Shown here: positions 1 to 8,739 of the stretch, in pieces | How the letters are laid out: each line of letters opens with the position of its first letter | Numbering within the stretch: the first letter of the stretch is position 1 | DNA from: Bacteriovoracaceae bacterium | GTDB lineage: Bacteria; Bdellovibrionota; Bacteriovoracia; Bacteriovoracales; Bacteriovoracaceae | NCBI GenBank assembly: GCA_041586955.1 | Contig: JBFGZE010000042.1 | Coordinates: 1 to 26,553 of the forward strand | Length of the DNA: 26,553 bases | Reading direction: 5' to 3' | The notes under the pieces: generated by a model | Told to the model about the DNA's origin: nothing | The model's input: only the letters and a program-made list of their open reading frames with translations | Databases searched by the model: none | Position numbers and translations under genes: made by a program

Positions 1-801
1 ACTTATGATCCAATATTAAATATGCGTACATGGTCAGTTCCTGTGTATGTTGCGGATGCAAAAACACCTCGCTATGATGTCAAAATTACTGGTTCCAATA
101 CTAAGTACGGATTTCAAGCGATGGTCAATGTTCCTATCCCTAGTAATGCTAAGCCAGATCCGCAGAGGGATGGGCATATGGTGATTATGGATATCTCAAC
201 AGGTTATGAGTATGATTTTTGGCAAGCGAAGAAAAACTCAGATGGCTCTTGGAGCACCTCTTGGGGGAACCGTATTGCCTTAAATAGTAATGGTATATTT
301 CCAACTGGCTCGGGTGCTAAGGCATCAGGGTTTGCCGCAATGGCAGGAATCATTTGGCCAGAAGAGTTTAAGCAAGGCCGTATTGACCATGCTCTCTTTA
401 TGGCGTTACCGATAGCTGCCGCTGGTGGGTTTGTTCCTCCTGCGACGGCCAGTGATGGATGGGTCACGACACCTGGAGCGATCCCTGAGGGGGCCCATTT
501 ACAACTTGATCCCAACTTAGACTTGAGTAAGTTTAATATGACTTCCTATGAGCGTATTATTGCTAAGGCCTTACAAAAGTATGGTGCTTATGTTGGTGAC
601 TATAGTGGTGCCGTTTCTCTTTACGCCATAAATCCTCAGAGTTGGCCAACGGACCCCTATCCAAAAACGATGTTTCCGAGCTCTTGGAATAGTCTCAAAG
701 GAATCCCATGGCAACATATGCGTATCCTTAAGTTTCCTAAAGAGCCAGGCTGGGGTCCTACTGGCGTAGCTGATTTCTCGGTTTATAGAATGGCAAATTA
801 A
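1..801 (+). CDS. Hypothetical, probably extracytoplasmic protein; 5' end outside the window
   Basis: Frame is open from base 1 (TYDPILN precedes the ATG at 22) to TAA at 799-801. Gly/Pro/Trp-rich with motifs DGHM, EYDFWQA, IDHAL, SDG, ALQKYGAYVGD; followed by a terminator. Function not recognised. Confidence 0.75.
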   Translation, partial: TYDPILNMRTWSVPVYVADAKTPRYDVKITGSNTKYGFQAMVNVPIPSNAKPDPQRDGHMVIMDISTGYEYDFWQAKKNSDGSWSTSWGNRIALNSNGIFPTGSGAKASGFAAMAGIIWPEEFKQGRIDHALFMALPIAAAGGFVPPATASDGWVTTPGAIPEGAHLQLDPNLDLSKFNMTSYERIIAKALQKYGAYVGDYSGAVSLYAINPQSWPTDPYPKTMFPSSWNSLKGIPWQHMRILKFPKEPGWGPTGVADFSVYRMAN

Positions 802-818
802 TTGAGTTGAAGTTCGAG

Positions 819-850
819 TGGCGACTTATCATTTAAGTCGCCATGTTTTG
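819..850 (+). terminator. Intrinsic terminator, between convergent genes
   Basis: Perfect 10-bp stem TGGCGACTTA (819-828) / TAAGTCGCCA (834-843), 5-nt loop, followed by TGTTTTG. Confidence 0.8.
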
Positions 851-919
851 ATTTAACAACTGGTCCATATAAATGGTGTTGAAACTTCCATAAATAATTT
901 ACCTCTCTCCCTCCAAAGT

Positions 920-1420
920 TTAGAGGATGCGGCCGACAAGATATTCACGTACACCGCTTGGAGTTTCAAGTTCCGCCATTTCATCTTGCTCTAATTGCAT
1001 GAACTCACTACCAAGGGGGGAGTTTGGGGTAATGATAGAGATTTCCTTATTATCAATGGTCAATTTTTGGCCACCGGCCGCGGGGGCCATAAAAAAATAA
1101 GTGACCTTATTATTTTCAGTGCATTCAAAGAGCGCACCGATGGCAATGAGAGTAAGGGGACGTTCCGTTAAATGTTGGGCCAATTGGTCTAAAGCACGGC
1201 AATCATTTTGCAGTTGTGTCACTCTTTGCGCTTGGGCACTCGCGAGATAACTCGCCTCTATTTTTCGCGTATCGTATTTGCCATCTGGTTTCATCTCTTC
1301 ATTAACAGCATTTTGATGTGATGTTTTTGCGGCAGCTTCGAGCGCCTGAAGTTCTTTTTGCACTTGTTGGAGCAATAATTCGACAATGGATTTTTTGAGA
1401 TTAAAAGTTAGAGCTGGCAT
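920..1420 (-). CDS. GreA/GreB-family transcription elongation factor-like protein
   Basis: N-terminal coiled coil with KYDTRKIEASYLA; C-terminal IAIGAL and ITPNSPLG motifs typical of the Gre C-terminal domain. Confidence 0.8.
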   Translation of the reverse strand: MPALTFNLKKSIVELLLQQVQKELQALEAAAKTSHQNAVNEEMKPDGKYDTRKIEASYLASAQAQRVTQLQNDCRALDQLAQHLTERPLTLIAIGALFECTENNKVTYFFMAPAAGGQKLTIDNKEISIITPNSPLGSEFMQLEQDEMAELETPSGVREYLVGRIL

Positions 1421-1975
1421 CTAACGATTCGCCTTTTGCATATAGATGGAAATGAATTGTTCTTTTAATTCTAAATCATCAATATGGGCGAAGAGGTTTT
1501 CGGCCTCTTTTTTTAATTGACGGTATTCCGGAGAATAAGGGTGTAACTTTGGTGTATCTGTTTTTTGCGGCCCGGGTCTTTTCACAATCTTTTTTTGTAG
1601 CTCCATTTTTTGGCGAAAAAAAGAAGGATTAAATTGAAATTTAATGCGCTTTATTTGACCCTGCAGTCCTGGGTGAATGGCGATAATTTTCTTTTTAATC
1701 TCTTCTTCCATAAAACTGAGGGCCTGAGAAAAAGTAGGGTGGTCAGTTAAAATTGTAAGAGTTTGAAAAGTATTCTTGAGTGGAAGGGTGTGCTTGGCCA
1801 TCGTCGGGCCAATTATTTGTGGCCATTGCTGGACAAGTTCGAGGAAATCAAAGGTATCAAACTGTTTCTTGGGCGAGGTGTAAATTTTGCCATCGCCACC
1901 GGCCGGTGCAATAAATCCTTGAGATTTTAAAAGGTTTGATAAAGTATTTAATTTAGTCTTCTTTTTTGTCACCAC
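1421..1975 (-). CDS. DciA / DUF721-family protein
   Basis: WPQIIGPTMAKHTLP, LTILTDHPTFSQAL and IKRIKF match the DUF721/DciA pattern; GTG start; stop directly abuts the Gre-family start. Confidence 0.7.
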   Translation of the reverse strand: MVTKKKTKLNTLSNLLKSQGFIAPAGGDGKIYTSPKKQFDTFDFLELVQQWPQIIGPTMAKHTLPLKNTFQTLTILTDHPTFSQALSFMEEEIKKKIIAIHPGLQGQIKRIKFQFNPSFFRQKMELQKKIVKRPGPQKTDTPKLHPYSPEYRQLKKEAENLFAHIDDLELKEQFISIYMQKANR

Positions 1976-2023
1976 GGCCCCTTAATCTTTACCTTCTCAG
2001 AGGGTTTAAGATATAGTCAAGCT

Positions 2024-2698
2024 ATGAAGATATTACGAATGATTATTCTGAGTCTGTTTTTGACGTCGTGCGCTGGTTACCATATCGAAAGTGAGGGAAA
2101 CCCGCTGCGCGCCTATGGGATTAAAAGCTTGTCATTTCCCATGTTTATTAATGATTCTTCAGTGAGTCGGGCGTCCTTGCATTTGACTCGAGAGTTCTAT
2201 CGTATTTTTTCCAACTACCCAGATCTAAAAGTTAAAAGTGGCGAAAATGTGAAAACTGATGCCATTGTCGTTGGGATTATCTCTTCTCGTAAAAAGCGTA
2301 ATGCCGTCTTTCAAAATGGAAGCTATATTTACACCGAAGGTACTTTCGATACATCTATTGGCAACCGTCGACATTTTTATGTCCCTCAAGTGATCAATTA
2401 TCAGGTCTTTCTTGACCTCTATATTATCAAAGATCCTCAAGACAAAGAGATGGCCCTCTTTCAATCAGGCAATAAGGCCTTATTAGAAAAAATATTGCCG
2501 CGGCATCCGCGAGTCGTTCTCCATTCCCATATTCCGGTGAATGGTTCCTATACTCGCCACTTAAAAGAGACTGCGACTGTCAATTCTCCAGGCCTTGCTA
2601 ATATGACTCAATCCGCGGGAAATTTTGAGGAGAGCTTGCAAAGTATTGCCATCTCTACCGCCAAAGATTTTAAAGAAACGGTGCTCAATGTCTTCTAA
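2024..2698 (+). CDS. lptE: LptE-like LPS assembly lipoprotein
   Basis: Lipobox LTSC followed by AGYH; size, and position overlapping the start of a holA-like gene (conserved lptE-holA order). Confidence 0.65.
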   Translation: MKILRMIILSLFLTSCAGYHIESEGNPLRAYGIKSLSFPMFINDSSVSRASLHLTREFYRIFSNYPDLKVKSGENVKTDAIVVGIISSRKKRNAVFQNGSYIYTEGTFDTSIGNRRHFYVPQVINYQVFLDLYIIKDPQDKEMALFQSGNKALLEKILPRHPRVVLHSHIPVNGSYTRHLKETATVNSPGLANMTQSAGNFEESLQSIAISTAKDFKETVLNVF

Positions 2699-3647
2699 TC
2701 AAAAATTTAGGCCCTGGGATTTTATGACTCAATTTAAAAAGGGTTCTTGGGATTTCTCCAAGGGGGTTATTGCCTTTTCTTTTTTTGATCCCTATATCGA
2801 AAAGATCTTCCTGACTTTAATTAAAAAGCAGGCCCTTTCTCAGCGCAATATTGAAGTCATTCATGGAACAGAAATGACCATTCCTTGGATCGAAGAAAAA
2901 CTTCTCACCATGGATTTTTTTGATCTTGATCGCGCTTATCTGGTCTTAGGGGCGGAGTCAATTAAGGGAGAAGTCTGGGACTGGGTTAAAGAGAAGGCGG
3001 TAGATTTGGAGAAATCCATGTTATTGATTTATCACCAAGAAAATGCCAGCTTTAAAAAGATGAAAGGCCTTAAAAAAGAATGGCCAATTATTAGTATTGA
3101 AGCTCCTAAATTTTGGGAAAATGAAAAATTATTTCAATTTTTGTCCAACATTTTTGGAGTGCAATTAGCGCCGCAAATTCGCCATTATTTGCTCGATAAT
3201 TTACAGGCCGAAGTGGGTGAGTATGTTCATGCTCTTAAAACGATTAGTTTGCACCAAAGTGATAAGGGGCTTAAATTAAATGAAGTCAAAGATCTTATCG
3301 GTGCCCAGAATGTTGATCCCTTTGAAATGGCCAAAATATTGGCGAGTGGGAAATGGTCACAATTTTTAGAAAAATTGATTGAAGCAGAATTACCTTTTGA
3401 AGAATACCGCTCGTTATTATCGTTTCTGCAAGGGCATTTCTTGAAGATTGCTGATGATCATTACGGCGAGGGCAAGGCGAGGTTGTCTGGTTATGATCAA
3501 GAAATCATTCACGCTAAGAAAAATTGGAATGAGACTTCTTTAAGAAATATTCTTAGGCAACTCGGTGAATGGGAAATTCAGGCCAAAAGAAAATCAGTGA
3601 CATTAAAATTGAACATCCTGCGCTCTTATTATCAAACCCAGGCATAA
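2688..3647 (+). CDS. holA: DNA polymerase III delta subunit (divergent)
   Basis: Likely start ATG 2688 (MSSNQKF), 319 aa. DPY..., LLTMDFF and helical C-terminus resemble HolA; lptE-holA-(convergent) rpsT synteny. Confidence 0.65.
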   Translation: MSSNQKFRPWDFMTQFKKGSWDFSKGVIAFSFFDPYIEKIFLTLIKKQALSQRNIEVIHGTEMTIPWIEEKLLTMDFFDLDRAYLVLGAESIKGEVWDWVKEKAVDLEKSMLLIYHQENASFKKMKGLKKEWPIISIEAPKFWENEKLFQFLSNIFGVQLAPQIRHYLLDNLQAEVGEYVHALKTISLHQSDKGLKLNEVKDLIGAQNVDPFEMAKILASGKWSQFLEKLIEAELPFEEYRSLLSFLQGHFLKIADDHYGEGKARLSGYDQEIIHAKKNWNETSLRNILRQLGEWEIQAKRKSVTLKLNILRSYYQTQA

Positions 3648-3698
3648 GAAAGCACCATATCTTGCGATACAGTGCCCATAAAAGATTCGTTAAACTTC

Positions 3699-3959
3699 TT
3701 AAAGTTTGGCGATTTGAGCAGCAAGACGTGAAGTCTTTCTGCTAGCGTTATTTTTCTTAATAACACCAGTTTTCGCCAATTTACTAAGAAGACCTTGGGC
3801 CGTCTTTAAAAGACTAGTTGCAGTCTCTTTGTCATTGGCCGAGATTGCATCTCTTAGCTTCTTGGTAATGTTACGAGTTTTAGATGTTTTTGTTCTATTG
3901 CTTGCTGTGCGTACAATAGCTTGTCTTGTTCTTTTTTTTGCAGATTTATGGTTCGCCAC
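3699..3959 (-). CDS. rpsT: 30S ribosomal protein S20
   Basis: MANHKSAKKR...GVIKKNNASRKTSRL; GTG start with GAGGAG RBS. Confidence 0.97.
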   Translation of the reverse strand: MANHKSAKKRTRQAIVRTASNRTKTSKTRNITKKLRDAISANDKETATSLLKTAQGLLSKLAKTGVIKKNNASRKTSRLAAQIAKL

Positions 3960-4160
3960 GAGAACTCCTCACTCTATTCAAATTGTGCATAATGTAATAG
4001 TAAAACTACAGGCTAAGTTTTTATTCTAATTCCTCGCTCTTGGCAAGGTTTTATTTGATAAAGGACCACCTCAACTGTATGATCGTTCAAATTTTTCATG
4101 GTTTAGAATCCTAGACCTAGTCTATTAATAGAAAGCTATCGCGAGAATCGGGAGTGCCAA

Positions 4161-5012
4161 ATGATTGATATTAGGACCATTGGAGTAATTGGATCCGGGC
4201 AAATGGGAAGAGGGATTGCCCAAGTCGCTGGAATGTCAGGATTTCAAGTAAAAGTATTCGACGTGAACGAAGAGGCCTTAAGTTTTGGCCTTGATTTTAT
4301 TAAAAAGCAACTTGCTAAGGGTGTCCAAAAAGGAAAGTGGGAAGAATCATTTGCCAATGAGTCCTTTGCTCGCCTTGCCGGTGTTCTCGATATGAAAGAG
4401 TTGGGCGATTGTGACCTTTTAATCGAAGCTGCTACAGAAAATAAAAATATTAAATTTAAAATATTTAAGGACCTTGATCAAGTGGCGAAACCCACGGCCA
4501 TTTTGGCCACGAATACCTCTTCCATCTCCATCACAGAAATTGCGGCACAGACCAATCGCCCTAAGCAAGTGGTGGGAATGCATTTTATGAACCCTGTACC
4601 GGTGATGAAATTGGTGGAGGGGATTAAGGGTTTAGAAACTGATGAAGCTGTTTTTAAAACAGTGGAAGATTGCGCCATTAAGATGGGGAAAACTTTTATT
4701 AAAGTGAACGATGTCGCCGGCTTTGCCATTAACCGCATCCTTATGCCGATGATTAACGAGGCCGTTTTTGCTCTTTATGAGGGTGTCGCTTCGGCAGAAG
4801 ATATTGACACGGGAATGAAGCTTGGAACCAACCAGCCAATGGGTCCTTTGGAGTTAGCGGATTTTATTGGTCTTGATACTTGTTTGGCCATTATGAACGT
4901 TTTGCATGAGGGGTTAGGCGATTCGAAATACCGCGCTTGCCCTCTTTTAAAGAAATATGTTCTCGCTGGTCGTTTAGGCCGTAAGGTCGGAAGAGGTTTT
5001 CATGAGTATTAA
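4161..5012 (+). CDS. hbd: 3-hydroxybutyryl-CoA dehydrogenase
   Basis: GSGQMGRGIA Rossmann motif, EAATE, ATNTSSISI, GMHFMNPVP, PMGPLELAD. Confidence 0.93.
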   Translation: MIDIRTIGVIGSGQMGRGIAQVAGMSGFQVKVFDVNEEALSFGLDFIKKQLAKGVQKGKWEESFANESFARLAGVLDMKELGDCDLLIEAATENKNIKFKIFKDLDQVAKPTAILATNTSSISITEIAAQTNRPKQVVGMHFMNPVPVMKLVEGIKGLETDEAVFKTVEDCAIKMGKTFIKVNDVAGFAINRILMPMINEAVFALYEGVASAEDIDTGMKLGTNQPMGPLELADFIGLDTCLAIMNVLHEGLGDSKYRACPLLKKYVLAGRLGRKVGRGFHEY

Positions 5013-5811
5013 AACAGATTATGAAACCATTAAGGCGGAACAAGAGGGCAGTTTTTTAATTGTCACAATTAACCGCGAAAAGAAGCTCAATGCTCTTAAC
5101 GAGCAAGTTTTGTCAGAGTTAAAAGATCTCTTAACGGAGATTAATGCATTTCCTCTGCATGATCTTCCCTTTAGTGGCATGATTGTCACGGGGGCTGGCG
5201 AGAAAGCATTTATTGCTGGTGCGGATATAGCACAAATGAGAGAAATGACACCGGAGCAGGCCCAGGCCTTTGGTAAACTCGGGCAAGATGTCACTCTTTT
5301 ATTTGAAGCCTTATCCATTCCTGTTATCGCTTGTGTTCAAGGCTATGCCCTTGGTGGTGGCTGCGAAATGGCCATGAGTTGTGATTTTATTTATGCCACT
5401 AAACAGGCGATTTTTGGCCAGCCGGAAGTTAAGTTGGGCCTTATTCCTGGCTTTGGTGGGACTCAGCGTTTGGCCAAATTAATCGGTCGCAATCGTGCCA
5501 AAGAGTTGATTTATACCGGAAAAAATTTAAAAGCAGAAAAGGCCTATGATTGGGGACTTGTGAATGCTTTATTTGATGATCAAGAGACGATGATGGCCCA
5601 TGCCCTCAAAACTCTTACCATCATTAAGGGGCAGTCGCCCCTGGCCATTAGCAAATCGAAATTGGTGATGAATGAAGGCAATGATTTAACAATTGAAAAT
5701 GGACTAAATAGTGAGCTAAAGCAATTTGCAGCTATTTTTGGTAGTGAGGATATGCGTGAAGGGACTCAAGCTTTCCTAGAAAAAAGAGCACCGGAGTTTC
5801 AAGGCCGGTAA
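5002..5811 (+). CDS. crt: Enoyl-CoA hydratase (crotonase)
   Basis: AFIAGADI, GYALGGGCE, FGQPEVKLGLIPGFGGTQRL; both catalytic Glu present; overlaps hbd stop. Confidence 0.92.
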   Translation: MSIKTDYETIKAEQEGSFLIVTINREKKLNALNEQVLSELKDLLTEINAFPLHDLPFSGMIVTGAGEKAFIAGADIAQMREMTPEQAQAFGKLGQDVTLLFEALSIPVIACVQGYALGGGCEMAMSCDFIYATKQAIFGQPEVKLGLIPGFGGTQRLAKLIGRNRAKELIYTGKNLKAEKAYDWGLVNALFDDQETMMAHALKTLTIIKGQSPLAISKSKLVMNEGNDLTIENGLNSELKQFAAIFGSEDMREGTQAFLEKRAPEFQGR

Positions 5812-5826
5812 TCCAAGGGGAGATAT

Positions 5827-6972
5827 ATGTTGGTTGAAAATGAGTATAAAGAATTAAGAGAGATGATCGCACGCTTTTCCGATCAAGAATTGGCCCCGCG
5901 CGCGGCAAGTATCGATAAAAATGAGCAAATTCCCGCTGAAGTGATCCAAATGGTCGCAGAAAATGGTTTTCTAGGATCTTATGTGCCGGAAGAATACGGT
6001 GGCGCCGGTATGGATTATATGTCCTATGCAATTCTAATTGAAGAATTATCTCGTGGCTGCGCTTCAACCGGAGTGCTGGTTTCTGCTCATACCTCTCTTG
6101 CCGTTTGGCCTATTTTGGCGTTTGGAACAGAAGAGCAGAAGAAAAAATATTTACCAAAGATGTCCTCTGGCGAAATGCTTGGTTGTTTTTGCCTCAGTGA
6201 GCCTGATGCGGGATCTGATGCTGGTTCGTTGACAACTTTTGCAGAAGATAAAGGGGATCATTATGAGCTTAATGGTGTCAAAAACTGGATTACCAATGGG
6301 CGTGAAGCGAAAGTGGCCATCGTTTTTGCGAAGACAGAAAAAACCGTCGATCACAAAGGCATGTCTGTTTTTATCGTAGAAACAGATACTGAAGGTTTTA
6401 ATGTTCAAAAATGTGAAGAAAAAATGGGCATTAAGGGATCCTCAACGGCCCAAATTTCAATAGAAAAAGTTAAGGTCCCCAAAGAAAACCTTTTGGGCGA
6501 ATTAGGGAAGGGGTTTCGTATTGCCCTGGCAACTCTTGATGGCGGTCGTATCGGTATTGCCGCGCAGGCGTTAGGAATAGGTGAGGCGGCTTTTCGTTAT
6601 GCAGCTAAATATTCCACAGAGAGGGTTCAATTTGGTCGGCCCATTAGCAATCTTCAGGCGATTCAGTTTATGTTGGCCGATATGAGCACCAAGCTTGCTG
6701 CAAGTCGTCTTTTAATTGAAAGGGCCTCTGTTAAAAAGGATATGAAAGTCTCCTATTCTCTCGAGTCAGCACATGCTAAGTTATTTGCTGCAGAGTCTTG
6801 TATGTGGATTACGACTAAAGCGGTTCAAGTGTGTGGTGGAAATGGATATACTAAAGAATATCCTTTAGAAAGACATATGCGTGATGCTAAAATAACAGAA
6901 ATTTATGAGGGAACATCTGAGATTCAGCGCGTCGTTATTGCGGCCAGCGAATTAAAGAAAATCCAGCAATAG
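5827..6972 (+). CDS. Short-chain (butyryl-CoA-type) acyl-CoA dehydrogenase
   Basis: FCLSEPDAGSD, KNWITNG, GGRIGIAAQ, RVQFGRPI, GGNGY, EIYEGTSEIQR. Confidence 0.93.
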   Translation: MLVENEYKELREMIARFSDQELAPRAASIDKNEQIPAEVIQMVAENGFLGSYVPEEYGGAGMDYMSYAILIEELSRGCASTGVLVSAHTSLAVWPILAFGTEEQKKKYLPKMSSGEMLGCFCLSEPDAGSDAGSLTTFAEDKGDHYELNGVKNWITNGREAKVAIVFAKTEKTVDHKGMSVFIVETDTEGFNVQKCEEKMGIKGSSTAQISIEKVKVPKENLLGELGKGFRIALATLDGGRIGIAAQALGIGEAAFRYAAKYSTERVQFGRPISNLQAIQFMLADMSTKLAASRLLIERASVKKDMKVSYSLESAHAKLFAAESCMWITTKAVQVCGGNGYTKEYPLERHMRDAKITEIYEGTSEIQRVVIAASELKKIQQ

Positions 6973-7073
6973 AACTATTGTCGGGAATGAGAAACGGTGG
7001 TAATTAATAAAACTATTTTTAGAAGACTTGCAAGAGGTGAGTTTTGTTAAAGAAAATATTGGAGAACCTCAAT

Positions 7074-8165
7074 ATGGCCAAGAAAAAAACAGCGAAAAAG
7101 ACAGCTAAAAAGTCCACTGTAAAGAAGAAGGCTAAAGTCGCCAAAAAAGCGACGACGAGCTCCTCTAAAAAAACAGTTAAAAAGGCGTCTGCGGCCAAAA
7201 AGAAGGCCGCGAAAAAGGTAGCTAAAAAAGTGGCCAAGAAAACTGCGAAAAAAACCGCTAAAAAAGTAGCGAAAAAAGTTGCCAAAAAAACGGCAAAGAA
7301 AGTTGTCAAAAAAACGGCAAAGAAAGTCGCTAAAAAGACAGCGAAGAAAGTCGCGAAAAAAACAGCGAAGAAAGTCGCGAAGAAAGTCGCGAAGAAAGTC
7401 GCGAAAAAAACGGCGAAGAAAGTCGCGAAAAAAACGGCTAAGAAAATCGCTAAGAAAACGGCGAAGAAAGTTGCTAAAAAAACAGCGAAAACGGTTGTTA
7501 AAAAAGTTGAAAAAAAACCAATAAAAAAAGCAGTTGCTGCTAGTAAAAAAGAATCGAAAGAGAAAAAGAAGGTCACTCCTGCTCCAGTGGAAGTAGAGAA
7601 AAAGGAAAAGGATGCTGGTGAGACCAAGCCAAAGAAAACGACAACTCAGGTTAAAGAAACTCAAACGAAAGCGAATAATTCGGTGATAAAAGAGAAAGAT
7701 GCCCAAGAGATCAAAGCTCAAGTGGCGGAAAAAGTCATGGGGCTTGCTGAAGGGCGTTCCATGGAAGATATATTTGCCGGTATTCGCACTCTCGATTTCT
7801 TTTATTCCAGTGATGATGATTGTATTGAAAAAGCTTGTGATAACCCCGCGACAACCTCTGGCTATTGTCGTTTTCATTACATCAAAAACTGGAAAGATAT
7901 TAAACGTAAACAAGCGATTCTTGAAGATGGCCAATTACAGGCCTATATTGAAGAACTCGTGACGAAATACCCTGCCAAATTTGTTGAAGGTATGTTGCAA
8001 GACCTCGAAGATCAGAAGTCTTTCTATGGTGTGCTCAGTGAAATGAATATTGAAACCACTGAAGGGGGAGGCTTTGATGAAGATTCTGATGATGAGCTCG
8101 ATGACGACCAAGATATCGCTTATGAGACAAAAGTGACGGCAAAGCCGAGTTTTAATGACGATTAA
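7074..8165 (+). CDS. Histone H1-like Lys/Ala-rich protein with C-terminal Cys3His motif domain and acidic tail
   Basis: Start ATG 7074 after GGAGAA RBS (363 aa). N-terminal KK[V/T]A repeats; CIEKACDNPATTSGYCRFH; D/E-rich end. Confidence 0.85.
   Translation: MAKKKTAKKTAKKSTVKKKAKVAKKATTSSSKKTVKKASAAKKKAAKKVAKKVAKKTAKKTAKKVAKKVAKKTAKKVVKKTAKKVAKKTAKKVAKKTAKKVAKKVAKKVAKKTAKKVAKKTAKKIAKKTAKKVAKKTAKTVVKKVEKKPIKKAVAASKKESKEKKKVTPAPVEVEKKEKDAGETKPKKTTTQVKETQTKANNSVIKEKDAQEIKAQVAEKVMGLAEGRSMEDIFAGIRTLDFFYSSDDDCIEKACDNPATTSGYCRFHYIKNWKDIKRKQAILEDGQLQAYIEELVTKYPAKFVEGMLQDLEDQKSFYGVLSEMNIETTEGGGFDEDSDDELDDDQDIAYETKVTAKPSFNDD
7200..7487 (+). repeat. Coding tandem repeat, about 24 x 12 nt (KK[V/T/A/I][A/V])
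   Basis: Counted from the translation, KKAA through the last KKTA; nucleotide units such as AAGAAAGTCGCG recur exactly. Confidence 0.9.
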
Positions 8166-8612
8166 TTAAAACTCTTCACCTAAAAGGCGGTTGGCCTCTA
8201 TGGTCAACAGCATATTTTCCCGACTTATTTTATAATGGAGCTCAAGGCCAAGAAATTGGTCTTTCTCCCATTTTCCGCTGAAGTCTGTCCAATTCCCTTC
8301 CTGATTGAAATATTGATCAAAGAAGATGCCAGTGACGTCGATTAATTGATCCATTAATTGCGAGGCATCAGTTTTCTCGGTTAGATCGGCCGATATAAAG
8401 AGGCTTGAAGGGGAGTGGTCCGGGTTGTCTGGGGTGGTGCAGCTAACAATAAGCAAAAATTCTTCAGAATGAGAATAAGCAAAGATATTAAACTCCCGAT
8501 CATATACCTTCAAAAAGCTATCATAATGATCTGTCAGTGTCTGAGTGACTTGTTCACACCAAGTGGCAGGGATAATCGTTTTTTTTGTTTGAGGTGTTTT
8601 TCTAAAAATCAT
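8166..8612 (-). CDS. Hypothetical protein (148 aa, acidic, cytoplasmic)
   Basis: Likely start ATG 8612 (MIFRK) after an AAGGA RBS; fills the gap between flanking genes; stop abuts the stop of the H1-like gene. Confidence 0.75.
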   Translation of the reverse strand: MIFRKTPQTKKTIIPATWCEQVTQTLTDHYDSFLKVYDREFNIFAYSHSEEFLLIVSCTTPDNPDHSPSSLFISADLTEKTDASQLMDQLIDVTGIFFDQYFNQEGNWTDFSGKWEKDQFLGLELHYKISRENMLLTIEANRLLGEEF

Positions 8613-8739
8613 TGGCCATCCTTCTCTTCTGAGCAGGAAAATTAACTGACATTTTGCGATGTGGCAAGTGGAAGTCATTTAAAAAGTCCATTCTCGGTGG
8701 TATATACAGAACTATTTCAATGAGTGAGGAGGACAGTTT

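Noticed and set aside
2625..2687. Longest-ORF starts (2625, and likewise 7044, 8678, 11727, 15024, 16496, 17383, 23651)
   Set aside because: Downstream ATGs have better RBS spacing, less overlap, or proper signal peptides.
7200..7487. Possible CRISPR array
   Set aside because: Contiguous 12-nt units with no spacers and synonymous-position variation; no cas genes.
7019..7934. Long antisense and alternate-frame ORFs (202, 295, 81 aa) over the H1-like gene
   Set aside because: Phe- or Arg-rich shadows of the 12-nt repeat, which lacks stop codons in those frames; no RBS or protein-like complexity.
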